Of a DNA stretch of 64,000 nt, positions 13,256 to 25,750 are shown in pieces; within the stretch, counting starts at the first letter, position 1, and the number at the start of each line of letters is the position of its first letter. Origin of the DNA: Paragordius varius (lineage: Eukaryota; Animalia; Nematomorpha); contig OZ176057.1 in assembly GCA_964247055.1 (NCBI GenBank), forward strand, positions 4,898,001-4,962,000, written 5' to 3'. Position numbers and translations under genes: made by a program. The notes under the pieces were generated by a model, which was not told the origin of the DNA, did no database searches, and saw only the letters and a program-made list of their open reading frames with translations.

Positions 13256-14451
13256 TACAGTCATGTAGACTTTATTTTATCAAAAATTTACTTTTTTTTC
13301 GTTAAATGGGTTAAATATTTGGTAAAGAATAGAAAAACAAGAGCTCTATGGTATTAACCATATCATATTCATTAGAGTAAATAAGTGTGGGGAAAGGGCG
13401 TCGGAAATCTTTGGTAAAAAATGAAAATGCACTAACAACTAACCCTTAACTTAAAATTATTGCATAAAAGGGTTGGGAAAATCGTAATTTTTATCTCAAT
13501 TATATTTTTTTTGTTTTGATATGGGAACGATTTTAAAAGGGATATTCACGATAGATGCTATATTAAATAATCAATTTAATCCAATTTCGTTAGGATGTAA
13601 CCCTGGTATTGCGAGTATTTTTTTCCTTTATAATGTTAGATTCAGAATATGACGCTGGTATAAGACAGAAACAAACTATTGTGCCTGGCAACGATGGTTT
13701 TTCTTTACATTTAGGCTTTAGGTGTTATAAGATCGACGGGAAATTTATAGTTTTCCTATGTTTTCCCTTATATATTAATAAATATTTTTTACCTATACAT
13801 AAAAACTATATTTAAGTGGTTAATTTGTTGTGTTTAACACCTGGATACAATACATTCATTTTTAAGCTAAAATTGAAAGGTAAAAATTTAGTCAACGTGA
13901 CATGAGTGCAATGGTACAATTGAAATATAATACAAAATATATCGCTTTTTCTATTTCTATTAATGTTAGATGTGATTTAAATAAAAAATAATTATCCCCT
14001 TAACACTAAATTAAGACGACATTTTGCCAATACTTTGTAAAATAAAAATGGTGTCGAAGTAGTTTGACCTGATATTTTTTTCAAAACAAAATTTTATTTA
14101 TATATTTTGGCATATTTATATTATTTTTATTAGGTAAGATTAAATTTAAATTGGGACCGTTTCTTTCACTAGTTTTTTCAAAATTCTCACATTTAGTCTG
14201 GGGTAAATTTAGATACCACAATTTGAATCTAGGTGAAAAATAAAAATTTTATCAAAAAAATTAATATATAAAATTTTGCTAAAAAATTAACAAAAATATT
14301 ACCATTCCCCTTTAACAATATTTTAAGATTTTCATTTTTTACCAAAGATTTCCGACGCCCTTTCCCCTTTACTTCTTTTACTTTATCAAATATTTATACC
14401 CATTTAACAAAAAAAGTAAATTTTTGATAAAATAAAGTCGACATGACTGTA
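13256..14451. mobile_element. TA-CAGTCATG element (family I) with nested family D fragment
   Basis: tacagtcatgtagactttattttatcaaaaattt ... aaatttttgataaaataaagtcgacatgactgta; a 236-bp version lies at 7417-7652. Confidence 0.82.
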
Positions 14452-15160
14452 TATATATATATATATATACAAACTAGAACACATTCATTCAAGTCCTCTG
14501 ATTACAATTGGGGTTTTCAAGGAGACCCCAGGCCTGTTTAAATTCAAATATTTTCAAAACAATTTCAAAAGTTTTCCCTTACATCACAATGATGCACCGA
14601 AACTTAAAAAAATATTCGTTAAAAAACTTGTTGGATAAACCTTAAAGTAAAAAATTTAGTTATCATGACATGTGTTCACTAGGTATATATAAAAATAAGG
14701 CAACATAATCAAAGTTATATGTGATTTAAATGAAAAACTTGCTTTAATTTTACAGCTAGAATCAAATTTTATTGCAAAATGTGGTAAAATAAAGATGGCG
14801 TCGAAATAATTTGATATGGTAATTTTGTTAAAAAAAATTAATTAGATATTTTGGTTTATTTATATAATGTTTAACATAAAGCGGATATTGAGCCATGCAT
14901 TTTTACCCAGATATTTTATAGAATTAATCGGACCTTAAATTAAATATATTTATTTTAACAAAAAATAGTAAACCTACTTTAATATTATCCCGTATGATTG
15001 ACAAATACTTTGATTCCATAATCTTAATCTATAATAAATACAAAATATGATATTGTTTGCAAAAATCTTGCTACAATTTATAAAGACATCTTTAATATAT
15101 ATTTGGGTGATTCTATCATTGGTAATACAATTAAATCCAAAAGCTTTTAATTTTTTGGGA

Positions 15161-17980
15161 TTAAAACAGTTTAAATATCACATCTTTTATCGCATGAATG
15201 TTTGCAAAAGGTAGAAAATAGCGGATTTGAGAATCTGCTAAAACCAACTCGGCACATGTTCTTTCATATTCATTTGCCGCTTTATTCTTGGAATAAAGGT
15301 CTGGAGGTATTTGACTAAGCGTTTCCAAAGTCTGAAGTAACTTCCAAAAAGTCGTAAGATCCCTTAAATATAAATATTATGTTAAAGTAAAAAGTAGGAT
15401 TTCAATTTAACTAACGATATGATTTTAACGATTGACAATTTTATTTACATCCAACGTGAAAAACTAAAAGACATTTAAACAAAACCATATAAATACCTTA
15501 GTTTTTTTCAAATATAGCATACTATTTATTTTGCAAGATATAGAGATATAAATTGGTTAGGCACATAGATTTTTAAAATTTAAATATAAAAATACTAAAG
15601 GTCAAAAACTTATGGTTGTGTTTACAAAAAAATTGTTAGTTAGTTTTACCTTTTGTCCATATAATTTCAGTTTTTGCTTTAATTCAATTTTATAATCCAA
15701 ACTTGTTTATTTACAGTTCCCAATTTATATTTGGCTAATTGGTAATACAGTAGCGTATGGTATAAAACAAATTTTGTCCATTATTAAAGAAACTATTATG
15801 ATATTGTAAGGTAGGAAAAAATTATTTAATTTTGACTATTTGTTGTATACCCATATGCTACTGTGTATTGCCATAGGCCAAAATGATGTGAATTGGCTAA
15901 CAATAATGTGATTAGGATATTGCAATAAAATTCATCAACTTTAAATGTCTAATAAATTCAAATTGTCTTAAAGCTATATATTGTGATTTGTCAAAAATCT
16001 TATTATTATATAATTTATTTTTTTTACTTTTTGTTATACGTTGATATCCAAGTCATCCATTTTTTCAAATACTCCTCGTAAATATTGATTGGGGTTTTAG
16101 CTGAATACGCCATATTTGAATTGTTAATGCGCTCCCGTAAAACCAGGTTCAAATCAAGCCCAATCTAAGAAAAAGTTATATATGCATTTTCGGATATCTT
16201 TCGAATACAAATTCACAAATAAATTTCCTTAAAACAAAGATATATATAATACATACCTTTTTAGATAGGCTTGACAGATTTCTGAATGAATATGTAACCT
16301 AAAAAATGCATATATGATATATATAATTGGATTATGTAGAAAATTTGTTAAATGTTATATATAGTTAATACGACTAAATGATAGATATTAAATCATAACA
16401 CCAGAACATATTTTTTACATAATTTATTAAAGGGTGGATTTATAGGTTCTTACCGGTTTAACTAAGAGAAGGCGTCAACATAAAGTACGCAGACGATTTA
16501 TATAGACCTCATTTTTTCTAACATTAAACGAACACACACAAGTTGATCTACCAAAAACTAGTATCATACTTTTATCATCCGTAACCATGTCAAATTTTAT
16601 GCCTGAAAAAGAACATTTGCGGCATGCATTGCCATCAGATGAAAAGGGTTGTTGAAAGTTATCGTTTATTAGTAAAAACATATGGTAAACATGCTCTAGT
16701 TATGATTTAGTGTGAAAGAGTGTAGGCGCTCTGGTATACGACACAACTGCAAAGACGATCGAATGCAAAATTACTGGATGATGGATGTTCATTGGCAGAA
16801 GCATTACGTGTATCCAAAAAACAATGAATAGATGTCTCCCGGGTTAATGGGTCCCAAACAATTAAAATGAACGTCAAATCAAAAATCAAGTGATTATCCT
16901 AGTTCAAGATCACGAAGAATCGTTTTTGTATACGGGTTAAAAGAATTGGACATTTTATACATCCAAAGAAAATCGCTTTCACCTTGCCAAGCGGGTCCAT
17001 ACAAAAAGGTCAAATCGCTTCGGCAAGAAAGCCATTCTCTGTGTCTAGTGTCAAAGCGGTTTGATCCCGTGATATTATTTATTCACAATAAACCTAGAAT
17101 ATTTTGACATCCGGATTGAGCCAGAAACCATGGCAAAGTGATTTCGCTAAATTCAATTCGTACATAGCGAAATTAGTGAAATACTCCTTAAATCGCTTCT
17201 ATAAGAAAATTTTCCGCATCCCTCAACTCTCCTGACTGGCGCCATTTGACAACTACAGTTTAGCATCAATGGACACCCTCGCAGAGCACAATAACTTTGT
17301 AAGCGTTGGAAAATGGCTTAATCAATGCCGTTCGGCATAAGGAAAGCAATATTTCTGGCACAATATTTACATAATACCCGAGAGATGGGCAAAATGTGTA
17401 TAAGTCGATGTATAATATTTTCAATATAATTATAGATTGACCCGGTAAATTATGAATACTCCAGATTATTTATATTATATATATATGTATGTATGTATAT
17501 TATAGCTTAAAAATCACTTACAATTTTGCTATAAGTTCCCTCATTCAGCTCGCAATAACCATCATACATGTTTACATATTTTTCCATATCGGTAATATTT
17601 AAACCAATAATCAAATGTTTCAAGGTATCTTTAAAATTTGTTGCGTTTTGACTCGGATACCACCATAAAATATCTATGGAATTAACTTGGGGTATAACAG
17701 TCAAATTTTGTATCTCAACAAATCGATAATTTAAAACTATGGGTAGTATATCGAATTCAATTAACCACGGATGTATCCATTCATACGGAAAAAGCATATC
17801 TTTGCCAGAACCCAATTCTATTTTTTTCAGTGGGACATCGTATGATTCATATATATTTTGTATAAAGGTTTGATCAATAGTTGGAGCTAGAAGACAGCTA
17901 TCAAAGTATCGTTCTTGATTCCGTATATAATGTTTTTGGCTTAAACTGTAAATTGGATTGTTTTTAGCATTATCTGTCAT
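15161..17980 (-). CDS. Uncharacterised spliced protein, about 275-279 aa (exons 17980-17522, 16298-16257, 16164-16028 or -16040, 15362-15161)
   Basis: The 157-aa ORF has a gtaagt donor at 17521. Three further AG/GT-bounded segments join in phases 0, 0 and 2 with no stop and end in TAA at 15163-15161. No family recognised. Confidence 0.65.
15730..15900. repeat. Dispersed repeat family E; the homologue at 21250-22020 is split by family D
   Basis: Shared tataaaacaa..tgtccat.attaaa and taggaaaaaatt...ggccaaaat blocks. Confidence 0.65.
16425..17470 (+). mobile_element. Decayed mariner (Mos1-like) transposon inside intron 1 of the minus-strand unknown gene
   Basis: From ATG 16587: MSNFMPEKEHLRHAL...ESYRLLVKTYGKHAL...WVPN...RSNRFGKKAILCV...LAPFD...PERWAKCV, with several stops and frameshifts; degenerate TIRs near 16425-16460 and 17438-17470. 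Confidence 0.9.
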
Positions 17981-19485
17981 CGTAAAATATACATATTTTT
18001 TGTAAAAACTTGTTGAATATAAATATAGGCCAAGATTTTTTACGGTTCTTAAAATAATTAGTAAACATCGTAAACTATAAGCAAATCAAAATCTATACCA
18101 AACTTATTTAACTTTCAACAAAAATTTCCAAATATTGATAAACCACATTTTATAAGATCAAATTCCAATAATTTTAATTTTCAAATTTTTGTTCAATAAC
18201 AATACTGATATAATTTTAAATCATAAAAAAGGAACTAATTTCTGAAAGTATGTATTCAAATTGTAAATTATTTTTTTTATCTTGTAAAATAATTCTTCAT
18301 TGATAAAGTATAATTTGTAGTTATTAGATATTTAAATTTTAATATACTACTACTAATTATGAAAAGCATGCAATACTTATTGACTAATTCCCTTATATTT
18401 TTAGAAAATTTTATTTTTGCATAATAATTTAAACATAAAGTAAGATAAATATACCCAAAAAATGTTTTATTTGGTGCAAATAGGCATTTATATCATGGTT
18501 ATATTTATTGAGGTCCTTTGACTTACAAGTTTCATACAATTGTTTTAAACAGTTTTGAAGTTGACCATTATCTGAGTTCCAGGCTTGATTTAATATAAAT
18601 ACAAAAATTTATAAAAATATTGGGTAATCAACATTTGAAAAATTTGTGAACATACACCTGATTTAGAAAAAAAATTTAAAAATATTATTCAGGTTGAATT
18701 GGTGGCTAACAACATTGTAAAACCATATTTTGCAAAAAAACTTTTAAAAAGCAATAAATTAGTCCTATATGCTTTTCCTGGTGAAATAAAGTATTATAGC
18801 AATATACAATAAAAGAAATTACACGGACAAAGCATAAAAAATATAAAGACAAATATTTTTTTAAAAGATAACCATACTTTTTAAATCATGATTTATTTAA
18901 ATATAAATCATTGTTTTAAACAACTATGCATAAAATATATACGAGAAAAATTTATTTTTAATAAGTGTGGTTGTCTTTTAAAAAAATATTCTTTATATTT
19001 TTACGTTTTTTCGTATAATTTCAGTTTTTACTCTATGTGTTTTATTATTGGCTGGAAAGGTATTGTACTTGTCAGTTATTTATTAGCTATATTTTTAATT
19101 AAACACTGTATTTTTCCTTCCGCAATTTTCAATATACAAAAACAGATATTCAATGCATGACTACTCTTAAATCATATTCTTTTAGCAATTTAAAATAAAA
19201 CTATGGCCTATTATAGCGCTTTCTGCACAATGAATTATACGGAAACGTAAAAATTTAAGGCAATCATAATTGGCTAACACCGAGTAACAAAAATTCGTTT
19301 TTTGCTTATACATGATGCACATTTCATAAACAATTTATAGATAAAAAATTAACAGTATGAGTAAGTATACGTTGCTAGTTTGCGCGTAGTAATATATATT
19401 TACTCATACATTTTTTAATGCATTTTAATGGTTGCTTATTTCACAATATAGTTGGATAATTTGCAACACAGTAGTGTATAGAAAG

Positions 19486-20907
19486 TAGGGTTGTGCCCAT
19501 TAGTCAATGACCTAGTGTCATGACCTAGGTCATGACCATGGTCATGACCACGAAAAAAAATGACCTAGGTCAATTTTTTTTAATTTTGTATTTTTTTAAT
19601 TTTTTTAATTTTACAATTTTTAGGAAAACAAAACCTTATATTATCTATATGTGTTTAATTTTGTTTTAAATATCATATGATACCCATCTTTTCTTTACTT
19701 CCTAAATCCTAATGAAAAAATCAGCATTGTAGAAATTTTTCGATCAAAAAAAAATCAAGTTACATGCAAGAAATGCAATTACACTATATATATATTTAAA
19801 TAAAAACTGAATGAAGAAACATCTAAAAGAAGTTCTTGAAATAAATTATATGACAGAGGGTGATGGTCGAAAGCAAGCTAATTATTTAATTTCTAAAGTT
19901 TAGTTTTAAAAATTTCTGTTTTCAAGAGAAATTAGCCAGAAACATTTAGCAAAATTTATTTTTACATCCTCAACTCTTAACATAGTTGAAAATAAACATT
20001 TACGGATCATTCATAGTTTAAACCTAATTGTGCTATTCCAAATAAAAAACAGATTTCCAACGAATTACTAGATTCATGTAAGATAGAAAAATAGAAGTTA
20101 TTGGAATATGTAAAAATAATATTTCATTAATCGTCGATCCCTTTCCACTATTCGTAGGGAGCAAATTTATATTATTTATTGGTCAAGGATCCCAAAAATC
20201 ATTTTTTATTAACTATAGACACATCGTATCATACTAAGACTGCCGAATGTATCTATAACAAAATGGAACCAATTATAAAAGATATTGGAAATTTAAAAAA
20301 TTAATGCCATTGTGACTGATAATGTAGCGAACATGAAGGATGCTGAAAATTGATTAATAAAGAATATTCTAATATAATATGGCATGGATGCCAATGTCAT
20401 ATTTTAAATAACTTGATCAAAGAATATATTATACTTAATAAGATTACTGAAATTTTAAATGTAGTGAGCACGATTATATATTATATCTAATAAATCGTAT
20501 AAAAATTTTAAAAGTATAAAAAAAACTTTGAACCATCCTAAGTTAACGTTAAGTTCATGGACAGTGACTAGTTTTTACACAATCTAAATAATTAGAGCAT
20601 AAATAGGATTCAATAAATCCATATTTTCTCGTACTCTTAGCTTTCTGTGATTTGAAACTTTCTATAAGTCTTTATGTATAATTGCAGGAAAGATCGTTAA
20701 TTGTAGAAATTAAATTATCAGCATTGGTGAAAGTATAATTTTAAAAAAATATATACTTTATGTAAAAACCTTTTTTATGTGATTTAATCAAGTATTTATG
20801 TATGTATTATTATTGGCAATAACATATGGTATGACCTAGGTCGGACCTAGGTCCGACCTAGGTCTAACCCCCTTTTTCAAAAAAAGGGGGTCAAAATCAC
20901 AACCCTA
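19486..20907 (+). mobile_element. Internally deleted hAT transposon with intact ends
   Basis: TIR TAGGGTTGTG/CACAACCCTA; perfect 8-bp TSD ATAGAAAG (19478-19485 and 20908-20915); transposase relic motifs IVTDNVANMK and WHGCQCHILNNLIKE near 20310-20425. Confidence 0.92.
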
Positions 20908-21347
20908 ATAGAAAGAAAGGAAAAATTTGTTTATTCAACATTTTTTTTTTTTTTCATACATTACTTTGTTGTTGCCCAGCTATAGTGTAAACAAGCATTA
21001 AAATGCATACTGTAGTTATTTAAATGCTTTCTTACTAAAACATGATAATATATATCGATGTACGCACGCAATACATTCAATAAAGGGCCATTAAAACTAT
21101 ATTATTTTTGATAACCATTATCATTGTTAATTGATATTGTTGAGTTTTTTTTAAATACAGTAGGGAGAGTATAGGCCATTTTGTGGAGTTTGCGTTTTTA
21201 TTAGTTTTATGTTTTCAAAAATTGTGAAAAACATAGATTCACTTATAGTATGCACATTAATGTTGGTCAATTTTATTGTGTTGGCCAATTAGTAATAACC
21301 GTATAATATAAAACAATTGTGTCCATAATTAAATAAAATTTAATGTT

Positions 21348-21931
21348 TTAACACTTGGATACAACACATTCATTTTAGTCCTTCGATTCAAATTTGGGTG
21401 GTCAATTACCCCAGGCCTATTTAAAATTAAATTCTATTAAAAATATGATAGGAATCGAAACCATGGCAAAATTTTGTACTTATAATGCATGAATAAACCG
21501 ATATATATAAAAAATTTTATTTAAAAATGCTTGATATTACTTATTTTAAGCTAAAACCAATAAAAATTTAATCAACGTGACATGTGTGCAATGGTAATAT
21601 TGAACTAATACAAAAATAAACCGATTTTTCTATTTCTATCAATGTTAGATGTAATTTAAATAAAAAATCAGCTTTAATTTTACCCTTAAAATTAAATGAA
21701 GACTAATTTTTGCAAAAATTTTGTAAGATAAAGATGGCATCAAAGTAGTTTGACATGGAACGTTTTTTCAAAACAAAATTTTATTTAGATATTTTGGCAT
21801 ATTTATATAATTTTTATTAGGATAGAAGCATAAATTTAAATGGGGACCGTTTCCTTCAGTAGGTTTTTAAAAATCTTAACTCCAATTTAGTCTGAGGTAT
21901 TTAGATACCCCAATTTGAATCGAAGTGTTAA
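21348..21931 (+). mobile_element. piggyBac-like MITE family D
   Basis: TTAA|CACTTGGAT...ATCGAAGTG|TTAA, with an internal copy of the right-end motif cttcgattcaaatt(g)ggg about 33 bp inside the left end. Confidence 0.85.
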
Positions 21932-22958
21932 GATAGGAAAAAATTGTTTCCACCATGTGTTTCTTTATTTACTCATATGTTACTCTATAGCAATCGGCCA
22001 AAATAATGTTAATTAAGCAACTTCCTATTTGATTACTGTAAATATTTAACTGATAAAATGAAAATCTCATACATGGCAACAGACATGTAAGTTATTATTC
22101 CCTTTAAGGAAAAATCGAAATGAATAGTAAACGTTACTGGATATTATGTCTACCGCGATACAAAATTAAAATTTAATCAATATTAGGTAATAAAGGTTTT
22201 AAAAAAAGTTGTATATATATAAGATATAATTTACAATTATTTTCAAATGAAACTTTCTTCCAGAACCCTAGATAGCTAGCCCATACTTTAAAAATGTTAT
22301 TTTTAGACTATCGTGATGAAAACTAACTCCTAAAAATTGCTCTTAAAGTTTGGGTCCGCCTAACATAATATATTTAAATATATAAGTACAAATGGTAAAA
22401 TTACAAAGACAATTTATTTTGAAAAGACCGCTGTAGTTTTTTAACTTGATTTTTTAATCACACCTTGTTTAAATTTAAAAATATGAAATAGAAAAAATTT
22501 TGTCTTTTACCTTTTTTCTGTGTAATTTCAATGAAAACAAAGTATATTACCACTCGAACTGGAATATCCAGAGTTCTCCAAATTTTCTTCGTCAACTAAA
22601 TTATATTTAAAAATAATTTTTATTTTAATATCATTTTTACCCAATATCCTTGAATATGTCCATCCAAACAACACCCATAAATTTAAGATAAAAATTGTCT
22701 TCAACATGTTAACTTACAAATATTAATAATATTCTGAACACAACAATAAAATAAATAATTTTAATTATTTACACACCTTATTTTTATTATTTTCTATCAA
22801 TCTATTTTGAAAAAATTTAAAGCTTAACATAGTGTTACAAACTATTTTATTACGTTTATTGCAAAATAATTATTAAAATAAATGAAATATATATATATAT
22901 ATTTATAAATACAAACAAAAATAATTCTTTTTTTTGAATAACATTAAAACAAATAATA

Positions 22959-24114
22959 AACTGCGTGGAAATAATTATTTACCAAAATAATTTTTTTAGA
23001 TAGTAAGACCAGCGAATGCATTTGCTGTAAATTTTTTTATTGGTTTGCGACGTAGTTTAATATTCAGAGAAAAACAAAATTGGGCAAAAAATTAAAATTA
23101 AGGATTCAGTCCAATTCAAAAATGATAAAAGTTGAGATATTATGGTTTATTATCATTTTAAAAAATATATTTGTAATATATAAATAGACTAAAATCATCA
23201 TATAGTTAGGGTTTGTATATAATCTCAGTTTAAAAGATGACGTTTTTCTTGTAACATACTTAAAAGACAGAAAAGATTTATTAATATATGTTTTTATTAA
23301 AACCAGCTATCACTATTAAAATCTTAACATTCATATTCCGTAAAAAATATTGTTTTTTATTTTTTCATTTTTTTGTCATCTGGTTTATGTGTGTATGAAA
23401 AATTTATACTGTTTTATTTAAAATCTTACAGGAGTGGGGATTATTAAATATATAATAAATAGGATTTAAAAGTAGTGGAATATTAACCAACAATCCGTAA
23501 AAATCTCTGTAACACGTTTTTTTCAACACAAATTAATATTTTTATTGGGATTTGTACGGATTTTTGGTTGATATTCCTCTACTTGTAAATCCTATGTATG
23601 TTTTAATTTTATACTACTTCCCGCTCATGTCAGTTTCAAAAATAAAAGAGTAAATTTTTATTACTATTAAACCAGGCGACAAAAAAATAAAAAAATAAAA
23701 AAGTATATCTTTTATTATGATTAATGAGTATTTTACTGAAAAAAATATTAAATCAGATTTTAATAATAATTTTATCCAGTACAAAAAAATTATTTTAATA
23801 TAGTTTAACAAAATGTCTTTTAAGTATGTTAAATGAAAAACATCTTTGGAATTAAGTTATAAAAAGACTAATTTAATAGGCTATTTATATATAAAAAATA
23901 CCTTCTAAAATGATAATAAATCATAATATCTCAACTTTTAACATTTTTCAAACTATCCTTAATCCTTAACTTTGTTTCATCCCAATTTTGTTTTTTTTAA
24001 AACTAATTTGCCAAAAATTAAAATTTTTGCGACAATTGAATTCGTTAGCCATAAGCTCTCTAATGAAAAAAATTATGTTAAAAAAAATTAACCCTCATTT
24101 TTTTGCACGAAGTG
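22959..24114. mobile_element. Second family H palindrome
   Basis: Collinear similarity to 12056-13240, including the centre ccaacaatcc...ggattt..ttggttgatattc; a half copy lies near 6060-6350. Confidence 0.82.
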
Positions 24115-24239
24115 ATAAATTTTAATTAATTGAAAAAATTTTTTAAGCTATAATATTATGAGGCGTGTATTTAAAATGTTAGTATATCAAAACTATATTT
24201 GCTATTTTTAAATATCATATAAATAAATTATTTGCAATG

Positions 24240-25000
24240 CTTTAAACTACTGTAACCACATATGTATTTTTTGGCAGTCCAGTCCTCTTATACCCATAAA
24301 AAACTGCGTTTGCACTGCGTTACTGATTTTATACCTTATTTGTAATTTTAAATTTTATAAAATATACATACTCAAACCCTTTCCCGCTTTGACCATATAA
24401 TTGTGGAAACCATGGGCATGATTGACTTTGTGCAATAAAAAACCAAAAATTAGCCCAGGTTTTTTCTGGAAGAATGGCTTCGAAACTAATATAGTTCAAT
24501 GATAGCGTAAAGCAAGGGCCTAATTAAAGGCTAATTTAAAAAAACCGTTTGACTTAAATTTTTGCCTTTCTACTGATAATATTTCAGGCATTTATTTTTT
24601 TATATGGCCTGATAAATATTCTGAAATTTAGCCCCAAAGGCGCACTATTTCGATATGACCGTCAGTTTTTAGCGGTTATCTGTTTACCCGGCAGCCAAAC
24701 GCACGACTAATTTTTTGCCTTTTCACAAGAAATCCTCATTGAATTTTTACGGTCTCATACCTTGGACAAAATTAGATACAAAAATTATTTTTGTGGACTT
24801 GTTTTTTTAAAAAATGGCATTTTACGGGGTAAGCGGGTAAAAAGAGGGCCTAAATTAAAAAAGCGAGCCGACTATGTCGCAATCGAAAAAAGTAAAGAAA
24901 ATCATATTCGAAATCGAATTGTCCAACACGATTTACGGAAACAGATCAAAAACCCAGCCTTTTCCATTTTTATAAATATATTATAACAGAATGAGAATTC
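24240..25000 (+). repeat. GC-richer unclassified dispersed repeat (family G)
   Basis: Near-identical block aaaattatttttgtggact...gcgggtaaaaagagggcctaaattaaaaa also present in reverse at 36300-37280. Confidence 0.75.
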
Positions 25001-25750
25001 TCATGTTTTTGGACCTGATGAATCATTTATGAAATATATTAATACTTTTGTATCATTGCACCGTATCAAAAAATCGCATAATTAACGCCCATTACGCTCT
25101 AATTAACAATGTTTAAGCTGCTCTCCAAAATATATTATTCAAAAAGTATTAAAAACCATATTTATAAAGCAAAGCATTCATATTAAAATAGATGTGGACT
25201 TTGATCGTGTCAATTTTTGACTTCACAATGGGCTATCTTAAAATAAGCGTGAAAACTCTAGATTACCCGAAAATTAATATTTAAGACACCAAAAAAATAG
25301 ATAAATATAATTAGCATTATAAAACATAGATGGTATTTTAAAGCATGACTAAACCGTAGATATTTTAAGGAACTTTCTAAAAAACCTCGAAATCAGCACC
25401 ATTAAATTTATGTTACATTTTCGTATCATATTATATATATATTAAAATAAGATATTTTGAGCGCACTATGTTGCTAATAAGCAATAAGATTCAATTAAAT
25501 GTTGACTCAATTTATTTTGTTCTCTTTATAACTAACATATATATATCAATTTTTTATTTAAGTACTGAAATTATGTAATATTTTTGAATATTTTTTGAGA
25601 AAAAAACAATCATATGAGCAAATTAATAGCATGGGTGGTATAATTATAAAAATAGGTTTATATTATCCAATTATTCATTCCAGGTTATTTTGCATATATT
25701 GCAGCAATCGTAAATATAAAAATAATGTTATAATTTTTCACACGAGTTTC

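Noticed and set aside
18888-19160. ORF-track entries rich in F/I/L/K/Y outside the called genes
   Set aside because: They overlap MITEs or AT-rich spacer and show composition expected from random AT-rich DNA.
19505-19572. Short palindromic repeat arrays resembling CRISPR repeats (also the A and F 21-bp arrays)
   Set aside because: No unique spacers, eukaryotic context, and they lie in the subterminal regions of TIR/TSD-defined transposons.
24762-24986. ORFs sharing RG.RVKRGPKLK at 24762 (+) and 36690 (-)
   Set aside because: The similarity reflects the family G DNA repeat; frames diverge outside the shared block.
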